DNA of 64,000 bases, from NCBI RefSeq assembly GCF_009914755.1, contig NC_060928.1; one strand, written 5' to 3'. Shown here piece after piece: positions 15,937 to 30,635 of this stretch. The notes beneath the pieces were generated by a model. It had not been told where the DNA came from. It saw only the letters and a program-made list of their open reading frames with translations, and made no database searches. The stretch's first letter is position 1. Each line of letters starts with the position of its first letter. This DNA is from the human T2T-CHM13v2.0 reference genome, Homo sapiens. A program made the position numbers and the translations under genes.

Positions 15937-16410
15937 CAGCATCAGTAGAGTGGAAATAAGTAGCAGGAGAGGGTGGACGATAAATCTTTCTTTTCCCCTC
16001 GATTTCATGGAGCTACAAGTCCTGCGTGATATGCAAGCTGAGGTGGGGGTGTGGAGGAATGGTTGGCAGAGGGGAAGGGAGGCAGGGTTCTGCAGCGCTG
16101 GCTGCAGCCGCCACTGTTTACTTCTCAGTCGTGGAGCTAGCCCCCTTCGTGAAGGCAGTGTTGGGACAGCCAGGGTATGGCTCAGAGCCTCACCCGCTGC
16201 TCTGCTGTCTCTGCAGAACGCAGAAGAATGCAGCTCCTACTCCTGTCTCTGCTCTGCTCATTCCGGGGTGTCAGGGAGGTGTTACAGGAGTGGGCGGGGC
16301 ATCTTGCTGGGCTGACACCCTGCTGCATTGCCTCTGGAGGAGCCCACGCAGCTGCTGCCACCCTTCTGGTCTGTTGGGTGGGACTGGTGACACAATTGTT
16401 ACCATTATAG
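15936..16410. promoter_or_regulatory. Non-repeat GC-rich block between poly(dA) tracts; candidate regulatory element or internal promoter
   Basis: About 60% GC by hand count of several lines versus AT-rich flanks; GC box TGGGCGGGGC at 16291-16300; TGTTTAC at 16115-16121; A30 at 15906-15935 and A18 at 16411-16428. Confidence 0.4.
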
Positions 16411-16699
16411 AAAAAAAAAAAAAAAAAAGAAAGAAAACGTGGCTCATGTTTTGCTTCGAAAATTCCTATTTGAAATACCTTTAAGATGCTTGAATGGCAG
16501 GCAGATAACCAAGTGCATCTCTCTCTATATATAGATATGCAATTCTTCCTTGATTGCTTTGTCTTTTTATTATGAAGTTATTTTCAAATTCTGAATGAAA
16601 TAACACAATTGACTGCACTCGTCCTGGCAGAAGGTTATTACCTTACGGTAAAGACGTGCTTTCAGACCCCCTTATCTCTTTATTTTTTCGTTAGGGTTT

Positions 16700-16810
16700 T
16701 AGAATCACAGACTCGTTGAGCTGGAATAAGCTTTAGAAATAATCCTCATTTTGTAAATGAGGAAACTGTGATCCATAAAAGGTAAGTAACTTGCCAAGGC
16801 ACACCAGTGG
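16700..16810 (-). mobile_element. MIR/MIR3 fragment
   Basis: agaatcacag...gagctggaa...cctcattttgtaaatgaggaaactg...aagtaacttgccaagg. Confidence 0.75.
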
Positions 16811-18106
16811 CATTACAATGTTACTGTTCCAATTGTAATAAAAAGCCAATTACTATATAACTCAATTCACTATACTCTATTGACAGAAGGGAAATGAATC
16901 TTAAAATCGGAAGTTGCCTTTTTACTGGAGAAATTGCTTGGGCATCACTGAAAATTGGACCACAAATTAGTCATATTTTATTTTTTCATCAATCCAATAT
17001 CTCTCTGTAACTAAGTTTCCCTGGATCTATAATTCGCTATTACTGATTTAAATAATTTCAATAATAAGGCACAATTTAAAGCCCCTTAGTCACATTATTG
17101 GGATTCCAGTTTTACTCCTACTCATATATTTTATCTCGTTGGGTGTTACAATAAGTTTTGTCCCAAACTAAAAACAGATGATTCTTATAAGAAATAATTC
17201 CAGAGACCACTACAAATACCCACAACTCAGGCAAACTATCTTATCAGATTATTGTTGCTGTTGACACCAAGAAGCATAATAAAATGTGTTAGAAACAGGT
17301 TAAAATAAAAAAGGTTTGCTGGTAAACAGGCATTTTTGAACATTTCTGTGAGATTGAAGTAATTTACATCAGTCCTTATTAGAGACAGCTTACTTAACAT
17401 GAATTATATGCTATAATTAGACACATGTTGTTACATAACATTAGAAAAAAGGAAAATATGTCTGTCAAGAATGGAAGCTTCAACATTTCATTCTAGAAAA
17501 AATATTCTGTATAAAAGTGCAAAAGTACTTTCAACCTTATTATTTTTCATTTTCACCACTCATGCATTAATAGATAGATACGCATTGTCTGTATTACAAA
17601 ACTGTAGAGTAAGACTATAAGTTTGATTTGCCATTAAATATTATATAAATTAAAATTTAATGCTGAAATTAATAGAATTCTTAAATTAATATAAAACAGA
17701 AATCATATGATATAGCTGTCCTCAAATTTACAGTAAAATACAGAGACATATGTTTAACAGGAGACAGGCACATGTATTGCTTATAAATTGGAGATGAATT
17801 TTTCTGTGATTCTCAAGAGAATCACAGAGCCCTTTGGAAAAAAAAAAACATACATCAATCAACAGTGTTGCTACCTCTAGAAACAAAACTAGTTGTGCTA
17901 CATAGAATCTGAGTATTTGAAACTGAATTTTCACAAGGAATAATCTTAATTTCAAAAATAATGTTATCAAGATTTAAGATAGCATCACAGAAGGAAACGT
18001 TACTGTGTGAAAAAAAAATACTTTAATTCTTGGGAGATGAATGCAAACACCTGTGTGCTATTGAAATCAATCCACATTAAATACTGAATGTAGAGAACTA
18101 ACATAC

Positions 18107-18263
18107 CCAAGCGCTCACACATCTGCCACAAGTGGTGATTTTGAAATCCCCATAGAGATCTTTGATGGCCCCAGTTGTGAAGAAACCTTCCACCATCAGC
18201 AAAATGCCATACACAAAGAACGCAGCTGCGATGCCGTAGATCACATACTTAAAGATGTCAATC
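18107..18263 (-). CDS. GPM6A: GPM6A coding exon (conventionally exon 3): TM2 and intracellular loop
   Basis: ttttctctcAG|G ATT GAC... = (M)IDIFKYVIYGIAAAFFVYGILLMVEGFFTTGAIKDLYGDFKITTCGRCVSAW|GTATGT. 157 nt; its first G completes the AT|G codon from the previous exon; ends in phase 0. Confidence 0.97.
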
Positions 18264-18590
18264 CTGAGAGAAAAGACAAAGTGATTTATTTCAATAACTT
18301 TTCATTGCTGCTGTGCAGAAATTGATTCTCACATGCTCATGATTCTTTTGGAATGAAAGTTATAGAATATTTATATTCATAATGAAGGTTGGATTTAAAA
18401 ACATGTTTGCTTCATATATCTAATGTTTATATACAATTTTTTTGCTGCCACTTCCAATATTTGTTGACAAGAGATTTAAGGTTTTCATGTTTGTCAGTTT
18501 CTTCTTCTTTTCTAACTTCTCCTCTTCCCTGGTTCACACCAAAGTAAGCTGGAATAAGCAATAAATTATACTTCTAAAGGAATTTGCTCC

Positions 18591-18900
18591 TTATTTTTAT
18601 TTAGTTATTTATTTATTTATTTTGAGACAGAGACTGCTCTGTTGCCCAGTCTGGAGTACAGTGGTGCGATCTCGGCTTGCTGCAACTTCTGCCTCCCGTG
18701 TTCAAGTGATTCTCCTGCCTCAGCCTCCCAAGTAGCTCGGATTACAGGCATGTGCCACCATGCCCAGATAATTTTGTCTTTTTAGAAGAGGCAGGGTTTC
18801 ACCATGTTGGCCAGGCTGGTTCAAACTCCTGAGCTCAGGCAATCCACCACCTTGGCTTCCCAAAGTGCTGGGATTTCAGGCTGAGCCACTACTCCTGGCC
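18591..18900 (-). mobile_element. Alu with (TTTA)n tail
   Basis: Full dimer about 330 bp upstream of the 157-nt exon acceptor. Confidence 0.95.
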
Positions 18901-20070
18901 TATTCATTTGTTAAGTAGGGTAATTATCATATGATTTCTCTAATTAGGACAAAATACCAAATGCAAAGATTTGTGTATGTAACACTGGTTTTTAAAACTT
19001 ACATTAAAAGGGAAGGAAGCTTTATACTTAATGATGCAGTAGTTTTACATAAAATGATACAAATTCCATATTTTTGCGTTACAGATAGTCAATTATAGTT
19101 GTATTCTATTTTGTACTCATCATACACATCATGTGTATTTGTTAATGATAATGCGAATAATGAAAAAGATATGGTTTTACAGATAAACATTGACAATGAA
19201 GCCATTTAGGTATACTCACTAATGAATATTCAGCAGAATTGGATCTGAGCCAAGATATGGCATACTTTTATAGTGGCATGGGAAGGTCCTTTTCATTTTC
19301 TCACAATTGATTACCCAGTTTTGCTTTTTTTTTTTAAAAGAAAAAAACACCATGTGGCTAAAATAAAACATTTATCTAGAAAATATAAAAATGTGCACAG
19401 CCAGAACTGATACATAATAACAGATGGATATATGGATAGATAGATAGATTTAATTCTTTTCCCCAGCTCTGTAACTAGGAAATGATATTCAATAACATTA
19501 AGAACAATTAGTTCATTTATGAATGAAGATCATTTGCATTCCCATGTTTTGAAAACATTCATTCCATACATATGCTCCAAATAATATCTTTTAAATCTGT
19601 AGGAATATTCATAGTCCTAGGTGTAGCTAGAGTTAAATACTCCATTAGGATTTATTTATTTTATATGTATATATGTATATATATTATATATATATCTGCA
19701 TGATCAGTGAGCTTTTATATTCAACGTAGTAAGAGTTGTAGAAACAGCCAGTTAAATGCAGATGTGGCAATAACACCAACTGAATGCTATGCAATAGTTG
19801 CTTAACCTAAAAAACAGGTTATATTTAACACTGGGAATGTATTAATTATATACATTTCTTTGGATAGAGACCATGACTTTCTAATTAAAAGTTAATACAG
19901 CACCAATATATAAGTACTTGTTGATGTTAAATATTTCCTTGAGACTGCTGGGTGAATTCAGTGAGTATGAAACAAATTTACACTTTCAATAAACCCACTA
20001 ATCTTCCTTTGAACTTCTAATTTCCTTCATAATTAAGATTTTTAATGATTTTTCTTCGTATAATTTCCAC

Positions 20071-20767
20071 TTATTTATTTATTTATTTATTTTTCAAGAC
20101 ATGGTCTCCCTCTGTCACCCTGACTGGAGTGCAGTGACACGAGCATGGCTCACCGCAGCCTCAACCTCCTGGACTCAAGTGATCCTCTCGCCTCAGCCTC
20201 CCAAGTAGTAGAGACTAGAGGTGTGCACCACCATGCCTTGCAAATTTCTTCGTTTTTTTTGTAGAGACGGGGTTTTGCCATGCTGCCCAGATTGGTCTGA
20301 AGGGATCTGAACTCCTGGGCTCAAAGGGATCTGATATGGTTTGGCTGTGTCCCCACCCAAATCTCATCTTGAATTGTAGTTCCCATAATCCCCATGTGTC
20401 ATGGGAGAGACCCACCGGGAGGTAGGTGAATCATGGGGGCGGTTACCTCCATGTTGTTCTTGTGATAGTGAGTGAGTTCTCATGAGATCTGATGGTTTTC
20501 TAAGATGCTTTCCTGCTGCTTCTCACTGCACTTCTCTCTCTTGCCGCTATGTGAAAAACGTGTTTGCTTCCCCTTCCACCATGGTTGTAAGTTTCCTGAG
20601 GCCTCTCCAGTTGGCTGAACTGTGAGTCAATTAAACCTCTTTCTTTTATAAATTACCCGGTCTCAGGTATGTCTTTTATAGCAGCCTGAGAACGGACTAA
20701 TACAGGATCTGCCAGCCTTGGCCTCCTACAGTGCTAGGATTACATGTGTGAGCCACTACACCCAGCC
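20071..20767 (-). mobile_element. AluJ split by a THE1 LTR
   Basis: AluJ text runs 20071-20331 and resumes 20705-20767. Confidence 0.9.
20332..20704 (+). mobile_element. THE1 (MaLR) solo LTR
   Basis: tgatatggtttggctgtgtccccacccaaatctcatcttgaattgta...ggactaataca; perfect 5-bp TSD GGATC (20327-20331, 20705-20709). Confidence 0.95.
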
Positions 20768-20892
20768 TCCCTTTAATTTTTGACATCTCTACTAGAATAT
20801 AAGTTTCATAAAGACAGAAGTTTTGATCATTTATATCAACTACTGTATCTTCCACTAGAACGATATCTGACAATGCTGGATAAAAAACTGAA

Positions 20893-21201
20893 TTGGGTGG
20901 GGGCAGTGGCTCACGCCTGCAATCCCACCGCTTCGAGAGGCTGAGGTGAGAGGATCACTTGAACCATAGTTCGAAACCAGCCTGGTCAACATAGAGACAC
21001 CCCATCTCTACAAAAATTTAAAAACTAGACAGTCTTGCTGGCAGAAGGCTGTAGTCCTAGCTACGTGGGAGGCTGAAGCTGCAGTATTGTTTGTGTTGAG
21101 GAGGTCAATGCTGCAATGCGCTACGATCACACCACTGCACTCCAGCCTGAGAAACAAAGTGAGAACCTATCTAAATGTAAAAAATGTGAAAGGAAAAAAA
21201 A
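20893..21201 (+). mobile_element. Diverged AluJ
   Basis: gcagtggctcacgcctgcaatccca...ccactgcactccagcctg. Confidence 0.9.
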
Positions 21202-24200
21202 GGAAGTAATTTAATCATTAAATTAATGTATGTTTAATGAGTATCACAAAAGAGCTAATGAATAAGATAAGTGTCTATCAAAAGCCTCTTAATTCTTAGC
21301 TATCATTTTCTTAGAAAATAAATTTGATTTGAATCCTCCAGATCTATTTAAGTATCTATCCCATGATTTTTTTCCCAATTAAAACTGGTCACATATATAT
21401 CCTTTGTGGCTCAAACTTAACTTGTCAAATTATTTAAGTAAATTTCAGCATACCAGTACCCTATTTATTTTCAACAGTAATTTTTTAGATCAACTTCAAG
21501 ATTCATCAATGTAATTTTAATCGTTTCTAATTTGCTTAAATTTCATAGCTCAAAAAACTGCATTTGTTGTTGTTTTTAATAACATAGGAATATGTTATTA
21601 AATATGTACATAAGGAATGAATATTATATAATGTGTGAAGAATGAACACATTTTTGCTATGATAAGTAATACATTTTCATTGTGTAACTACTGTTTAGGC
21701 TATAAATTTGGCCTGAAATGTTATGTTTCGGTACCATTTTGGGGAAGTGAGGGGTTTAACATCTTCCTCCCTCTTGGCAAATAGGTTTTCTCTACTTTTC
21801 TATGTGCTAACACATAAACAAAAAAGGCTAAGAGAATTTGTTGGCATAAGACAAAAACCTCTAAAGTAGGGAATGATTTTCTTGTAGAGGATTTGTTTGG
21901 TAGACAAAAGTACAAATGAATGGGGGGGAAGAAAAAAAGAAATTTAAGGCATAGAACTGAAAAAATTGCAAACATGCTAAATGGGAAGAATTTGGCCAAA
22001 AAAAGTGCTTTCAATAATTTTCCTAGTTTTTATATGAAATGAATTATTGAGGGAAATCCATTTTAATCTCTAAAAACTAATTATTGCTCAGAAAATCTTT
22101 TTCCGATCATTCTGGTTCTAAAAATTTTCTGATGTAATTAAACAAAAGCATTACACTCTCAAAGAACTAGATAATATCTGCTAAATAAATATTTTAGAAA
22201 AGAACTTATAAACAAAAAGCAAGAGCCTATATTAAAGAAATCCTGAGATAAGCATATCACCATATCTAAATGTACCAGTCATGAAAAACGTGGTCACAGA
22301 TTGCTAGTCCATTGAATAATTCTTTCAACACAGGAAACAATCGAGCAAAAAAGTTTTAGCCTAAGTCAGTCACATGATGGTTAGGATATAGCTATCTCTA
22401 TTAAATTATTGGACCTCAACAATATTTCTTCCTTTAGCACATGTATTTTATATATATGGAAAAAACAGCGTATACGTCTTGAGTTCATCATGTGGAAGCA
22501 GTCACTTAATATTTTGAATTCCCCACTCCAGGCCATACAGACACACACAGAGACACACTCACACATATGACTTCACACTGATAAGGCAAAGAACATATGG
22601 AACATCTGGAGGAGAACTGTCAATGGCATTGGAGAAAAGAGAAAGAATCTTCTGGGAGTAGGAATTTTATTGAAGTGAAGAAGGGGTCATGGTGTGTGGA
22701 AAAGTATGTATATTAGCTAAAGGTCTATTTCTGCAGCCTTGATACTGTTTTATTAACAAATTGTTGTTTATTTCACTTTCTCAAGCTTGAATTTATTTTC
22801 TTAATTAATTAGAGTACGACTAGAATGGATAGGGGTGGCATTAAGTGATGGAGACATCCTGTGATTATATACAAGAGCAAAATGAGGGGATAGAAAGCTT
22901 GATTATGCTGATAGAAATCTAGAGATCCTGTGACAATATTTTTGAAAGAATGCATGAAATAGGATTTGCTGCATAGCAGATGAGAGAGAGAGAAGAACTT
23001 GGTAATGGTAATGTCCCAGAGCAATTGTTTAGTGGCTGACTTTCACTGCCTGAAAGTCTAAATATTGCAGAAATCTATTTGTCAAAGGCAATGAGGCAGA
23101 TGATGTGAACTGTGTAAACCTGTCGCGCATTTGAAAGAATCTGAGGATGTCAACTTACAGATCAAATTTGACATCAAGAACACTTTAAAGAGTGTTTCAT
23201 GGGCTATTCTATACAATTCTTTTGGTGAAAATGGCATGTTTTCTAAACATATTTTAATTTTTTATTTGGAAATAATTTCAAATTTACAGAAAAAAGTTGA
23301 ATAAAACAAGTAGTATGTGGAGCAACTTTACATCCTTTCTCTGTAACATTTTATCTCATTTACTTGATTGTTTTCTCTGGATGATATATCTGAACATAGA
23401 GAACATCTTCACAGTGTATAGTTATTGACCTCAGGAAATATATCATTGACATACTTATGTCAAATCTTTATTTGTATTTCAATTTCATCAACCAACTCAA
23501 TGATGAACTTTGTGGGATTTCTTTCTTGCCTGATACCGGAGCCAATCTAGGGGCTACTATTATACCCATTTGCTGTGTCTCTGGTCTTCTTTAATCTGGA
23601 ACACTTCCACTGTCTTTCTGTGTCTTAATGACATTTATGTTGTTGAAGAATATAACTCTATTCTGCCCTTTTTGAACGGAATGTTCCTTTTGAGTTTGTC
23701 TGATGTTTCCTCATGGTTAGATACGGGTTACTCATTCTTGGCTAGAATACTATACAAGCGATATTGTGCTCCTGTCAGGGTATCTCCCTCCTCACTCACA
23801 CAAAGCCCTTCTGCCTCTCAGTACTAATTTTAATTTTCATCATCTAGTTAAGATGATGTCTGATTTCTGTACTGTGTACTACTTCTCTTCCAACTAACAA
23901 GCGATCTGTGAGGAGATACTTTAAGACCAAGCAAACATCTTGCTCCCGGTCAAAACTTCTCCCCAATGTTAGCACCCCATCCAATGATGAGTATTGCCAG
24001 ACCCAATCTTCTTATCATGTTTGCAAAATGATGATTTCCTAACTCCATTACCAGCTCCACATTTGCAAATAGCACTAGGTATTCTGATGCAAGAAGAGCC
24101 CACCCTTTTCCCCCATTTATTGATTTGTCTATTTGTTAGTGACACGGACTAATGGTATCTGATTTTTTTCTCAAGGTTTAAATGCCATTACAATAGCTCA

Positions 24201-25932
24201 TTATTTTGGTACTCAAATTTTTCTAGACTTGAGCAATAGGAATCCCTTCAAGCTGGTTCTTGTATCTTTGTGACATGTGCCTAGCAATTTGTAAGAATAC
24301 TCCTTGCTTTCTCACATAGCAAGATGCTCCAGGCTCACCTTGCACACACCTCTTTCAACCTCAGAAACAGGCATCTCTTTGAGAAACTCTTGTCCTATTA
24401 AAGAGCAATGGTATTCGGGACCAAGATGTGGTGCTATATGTGCTCATTGCAAATGTTGTGTCTTTACCTTTAGGTCTTTTTATTGTATCAAGGTAAGAAA
24501 CACATGTATGTATACACACACACATCAATATATGCAACTATATAAACATATCTATATATGTGTACATGTATGTGTGTTCATATATACATATATATACATG
24601 TGCACATGTAACTGCATAACAAATATACACATATTTTAGAAATATTGAGTATACAGTGATACCTCCAAACCCAGTCTATCGCTACAGGGATTTTTATTGC
24701 TTTCCTCCTTTGATATTTGTACGTCTTTCTTCCATAATGAGAATACTGACTCCCAAGAATATTAACACGTTTATTCTTTGGTTTAATTCCATAATAAATC
24801 TAAAATTATTTCAGAATTACTTATTCACCTCATTACAAAAATCATATCTATCTAGAAAGAGTTCTTGTGGTTTGCAATCCTTCCCACACCTTGCCCAAGA
24901 CTGAGACTATATAGTCAATATACTGTGTTTCTAAGTTACATGGATTAGTGTATTTTTTCTTCCCTTCATTGTGGCCATGTTAATGCAACTGTTTGTTTCA
25001 GTTTCACGTTGTCCATCTCATCCATATTGACTTAGTTTCATTTTTGGATATACAGGACATTAACATGCTTCTTAAAGTCAAATCTATACAAAAGACATAT
25101 CCAGAAAAGTGGCAAGACTTTTCTATCCTGTCCGTCCTGTTCCTTGTAGGTAACCCATTTCATTGGATCCTTGATTATCTTTACTGTGTTTTTATGTAAA
25201 GGCAAGTGTGTGCATGTTTGTGTATATGTCTATTTTCCCTTCTTTTTACATGAAATGTGCATACTCCATATATTCTTCATATATACTCCATATATTCATA
25301 CATTTGTACTTTGATCAATGAACAATAGTCTTTGAAAATTTCTCTATACAAATTCATAGAGATTGTTCTCATTCTTTTTAACTTGCATACTACTCCATGT
25401 GTATTTACACACTATCATTTATTCACAAAATCTCCAATGCTTACTTATATGGTTATTGATATCTTACAGTTAGAATATTGCAGCAATGAATAACTTTGTT
25501 CATATGTATTTTCAAATAATTGAAGATGTATCTTTAGAATTAGGATGGGAGGATTGTTGAGTTGGAAATTAAAGACATATGTAGTTTTGTTACGTATTGC
25601 CAATTCCTCTCTATAGGTCTTGTACCATTTTGTATTCCAACCAGCAGTATATTAGAATGTCTGTTTCTCCCCATCCTCAACAGAAGAAAGCATTGTTAAG
25701 CTTTTAAATTGTTGCTAATCTGATGGGTGATGAGTGGTATCCTGGTATTGCTTTATTTATCTTAGGTATTCATGAAATTCAACATCTTTTAATATGATTA
25801 TGGGCACTATATATCTTTTTATGAATTGTCTATTCATGTGTTTGCCATTTTACCATAAGATTTGTGGTCCTCTCTGCACCCCATAATTTTTAAAAGATCT
25901 CTATAAATAAGGGATATTATACTTTTGTCTGT

Positions 25933-28631
<2,699 letters not shown>

Positions 28632-29299
28632 CAAGTGACAGATGTTACAAATATTTTCTTCTAGTTTGCCATTTGTCTTTTGGCTTTGCTTATGGCATTT
28701 TACTATGCAACTTTAAAAAAAGAGAAATTATATGTTGTCAATGTTATCAGTGTTTATTTTTATTACATCTCATCTGGGATTTTATCACAGTTAGAAGCCT
28801 TTACCTACACCCAGAGGAATTCACCCATGCCTTCTTCTAGCATGTGTCCAGTTTCATTTTATTATATTTAGACATTGGATCAATTTACCATTTTTTCTTT
28901 GGGTGGCACAAGAATTGATAAAATCTAATTTTATCAAATTAGATAAAATCAGATAAATTAGATAAAATTAGATAAAATCAATTTTATCTAAAAGATAAAA
29001 TCTAACTTTATCTTTTTTTCAAAATGGCTGTCCAGTTGTTCCAACATCATTTATTCAAAAGATCATCTTTGCTGCAATGATTTTTAGGTCTACTTCTGTC
29101 ATACAATGAATTTCTATATCTAGATTTATCTGTTCGGTCCTTTCCATTCTGTTCCATAAATCTGTTCATTTGTGTGCCAGTAACACACTGTTTTAATCAG
29201 AGGGGCTTTACGTATGTCTTAATATCTTGTAAGATTAGATCTCTCATAGCTCTCCCTTCTTTGTATTTTCTTAACTATTTGTGTGTGTGTGTGTGTGTG

Positions 29300-29621
29300 T
29301 TTTGTTTTGTTTTGTTTTGTTTTATTATTATTTTTTTTTGAGACGGAGTCTCACTCTGTCGCCCAGGCTGGAGTACAGTGGTGCGATCTCGGCTCACTGC
29401 AAGCTCTGCCTCCAGGTTCACGCCATTCTCCTGTCTCAGCCTCCCGAGTAGCTGGGACTACAGGGGCCCGCCACCACGCCCGGCTAATTTTTTTGTATTT
29501 TTTAGTAGAGACGGGGTTTCACCACATAAGCCAGGATGGTCTTGATCTCCTGACCTCGTGATCCACCTGCCTCGGCCTCCCAAAGTGCTGGGATTACAGA
29601 CGTGAGCCACCGCGCCTGGCC
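29300..29621 (-). mobile_element. AluY with (TTTTG)n tail next to (TG)n
   Basis: gcaagctctgcctcc...ggttcacgccattctcc, CpG-rich. Confidence 0.95.
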
Positions 29622-30635
29622 TATGTGTGTTTATTTTTACACATGAACTTTAGGATGTTCCTCTGTAGCACTATTAAAATGTCCATTGACGTTTTATTAG
29701 GGTATACTGAATCTATTCATTAATTTTGAGAGAATTAACATTTTGATAATCCTCAACAAGAATGAAGAATACCTTTTCATTTGTTCAAATCTACTTTTAC
29801 ATCTTTGAGGAGTGTTTCACAGCCAACTTCATGTAAGTTTTGAACGTTTCTTGTTAAGGTCCTTAATTTACTTTTTTGGCTACTATAAATCAAGTTTACC
29901 TTTACCTTTAAAAATTCTTCTGTAGCTATACAAATGTTCCTGATTTTTACATGTAAATTTTATATCCTACTATGTTGCTGAATTCTATTATTATTGGAAT
30001 TGGCTTAATCATTGGTCCTAACATTTTTCAAGTATCTCACCCTGTTACCTGGAAATAGAGGGAGTTTTATTTCTTGTTTGCCAATTATCATGTTTTCTGT
30101 TTAGAACAATGGTTTAAGCAGAGATTCAGAGAAGAGGAGGAGAATGAAAAGCAGAGATTCTAGCCTTCTTTGTTCTTGACTTTAGTGGGAGTGTCTCATT
30201 GTGTAATATTCTGGGTTTAGAGTTGTGACATTTTTATACACCCCCCCACACACATATCATACATCTCTTCTTATCTTCCCAAAAGCTTATTGGCAAGCAG
30301 CATTTTTACTAACATAACTTCTAGATTGAAGTAAAAATGATCATTAAAAGTGTGTGTGTGTGTGTGTGCACGCACACACATTTGTTTTTGTTTCAGGAAT
30401 GGGCTTAGAAATATGCTTTCTTTTTGTCTCGTCCACATATTCCAATGTTCCAAGATGCTGCTTATGCTCACATGGATTCTTCCCATGGCAAAAAGCAGGA
30501 AATCAGATGTGCCTCCAGTAAAACTACACAGGCAGGCTTACTTTGTGCATTTCCAAAAGTTTCTAACATTTCAATTCTTACAAAAAGTTGTCACAGGCAG
30601 CAATTATTGCAAGAGCGAAAATGAACCTTGATTAC

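Noticed and set aside
15936-16410. Formal CpG island
   Set aside because: About 10 CpGs in 16021-16380, a rough observed/expected near 0.3, below the usual threshold. Kept only as CpG-retaining.
15950-16484. Three overlapping + strand ORFs (121, 152, 77 aa) in the GC block
   Set aside because: Expected from low stop frequency in GC-rich DNA; one reads through the A tract as poly-Lys; no recognisable domain.
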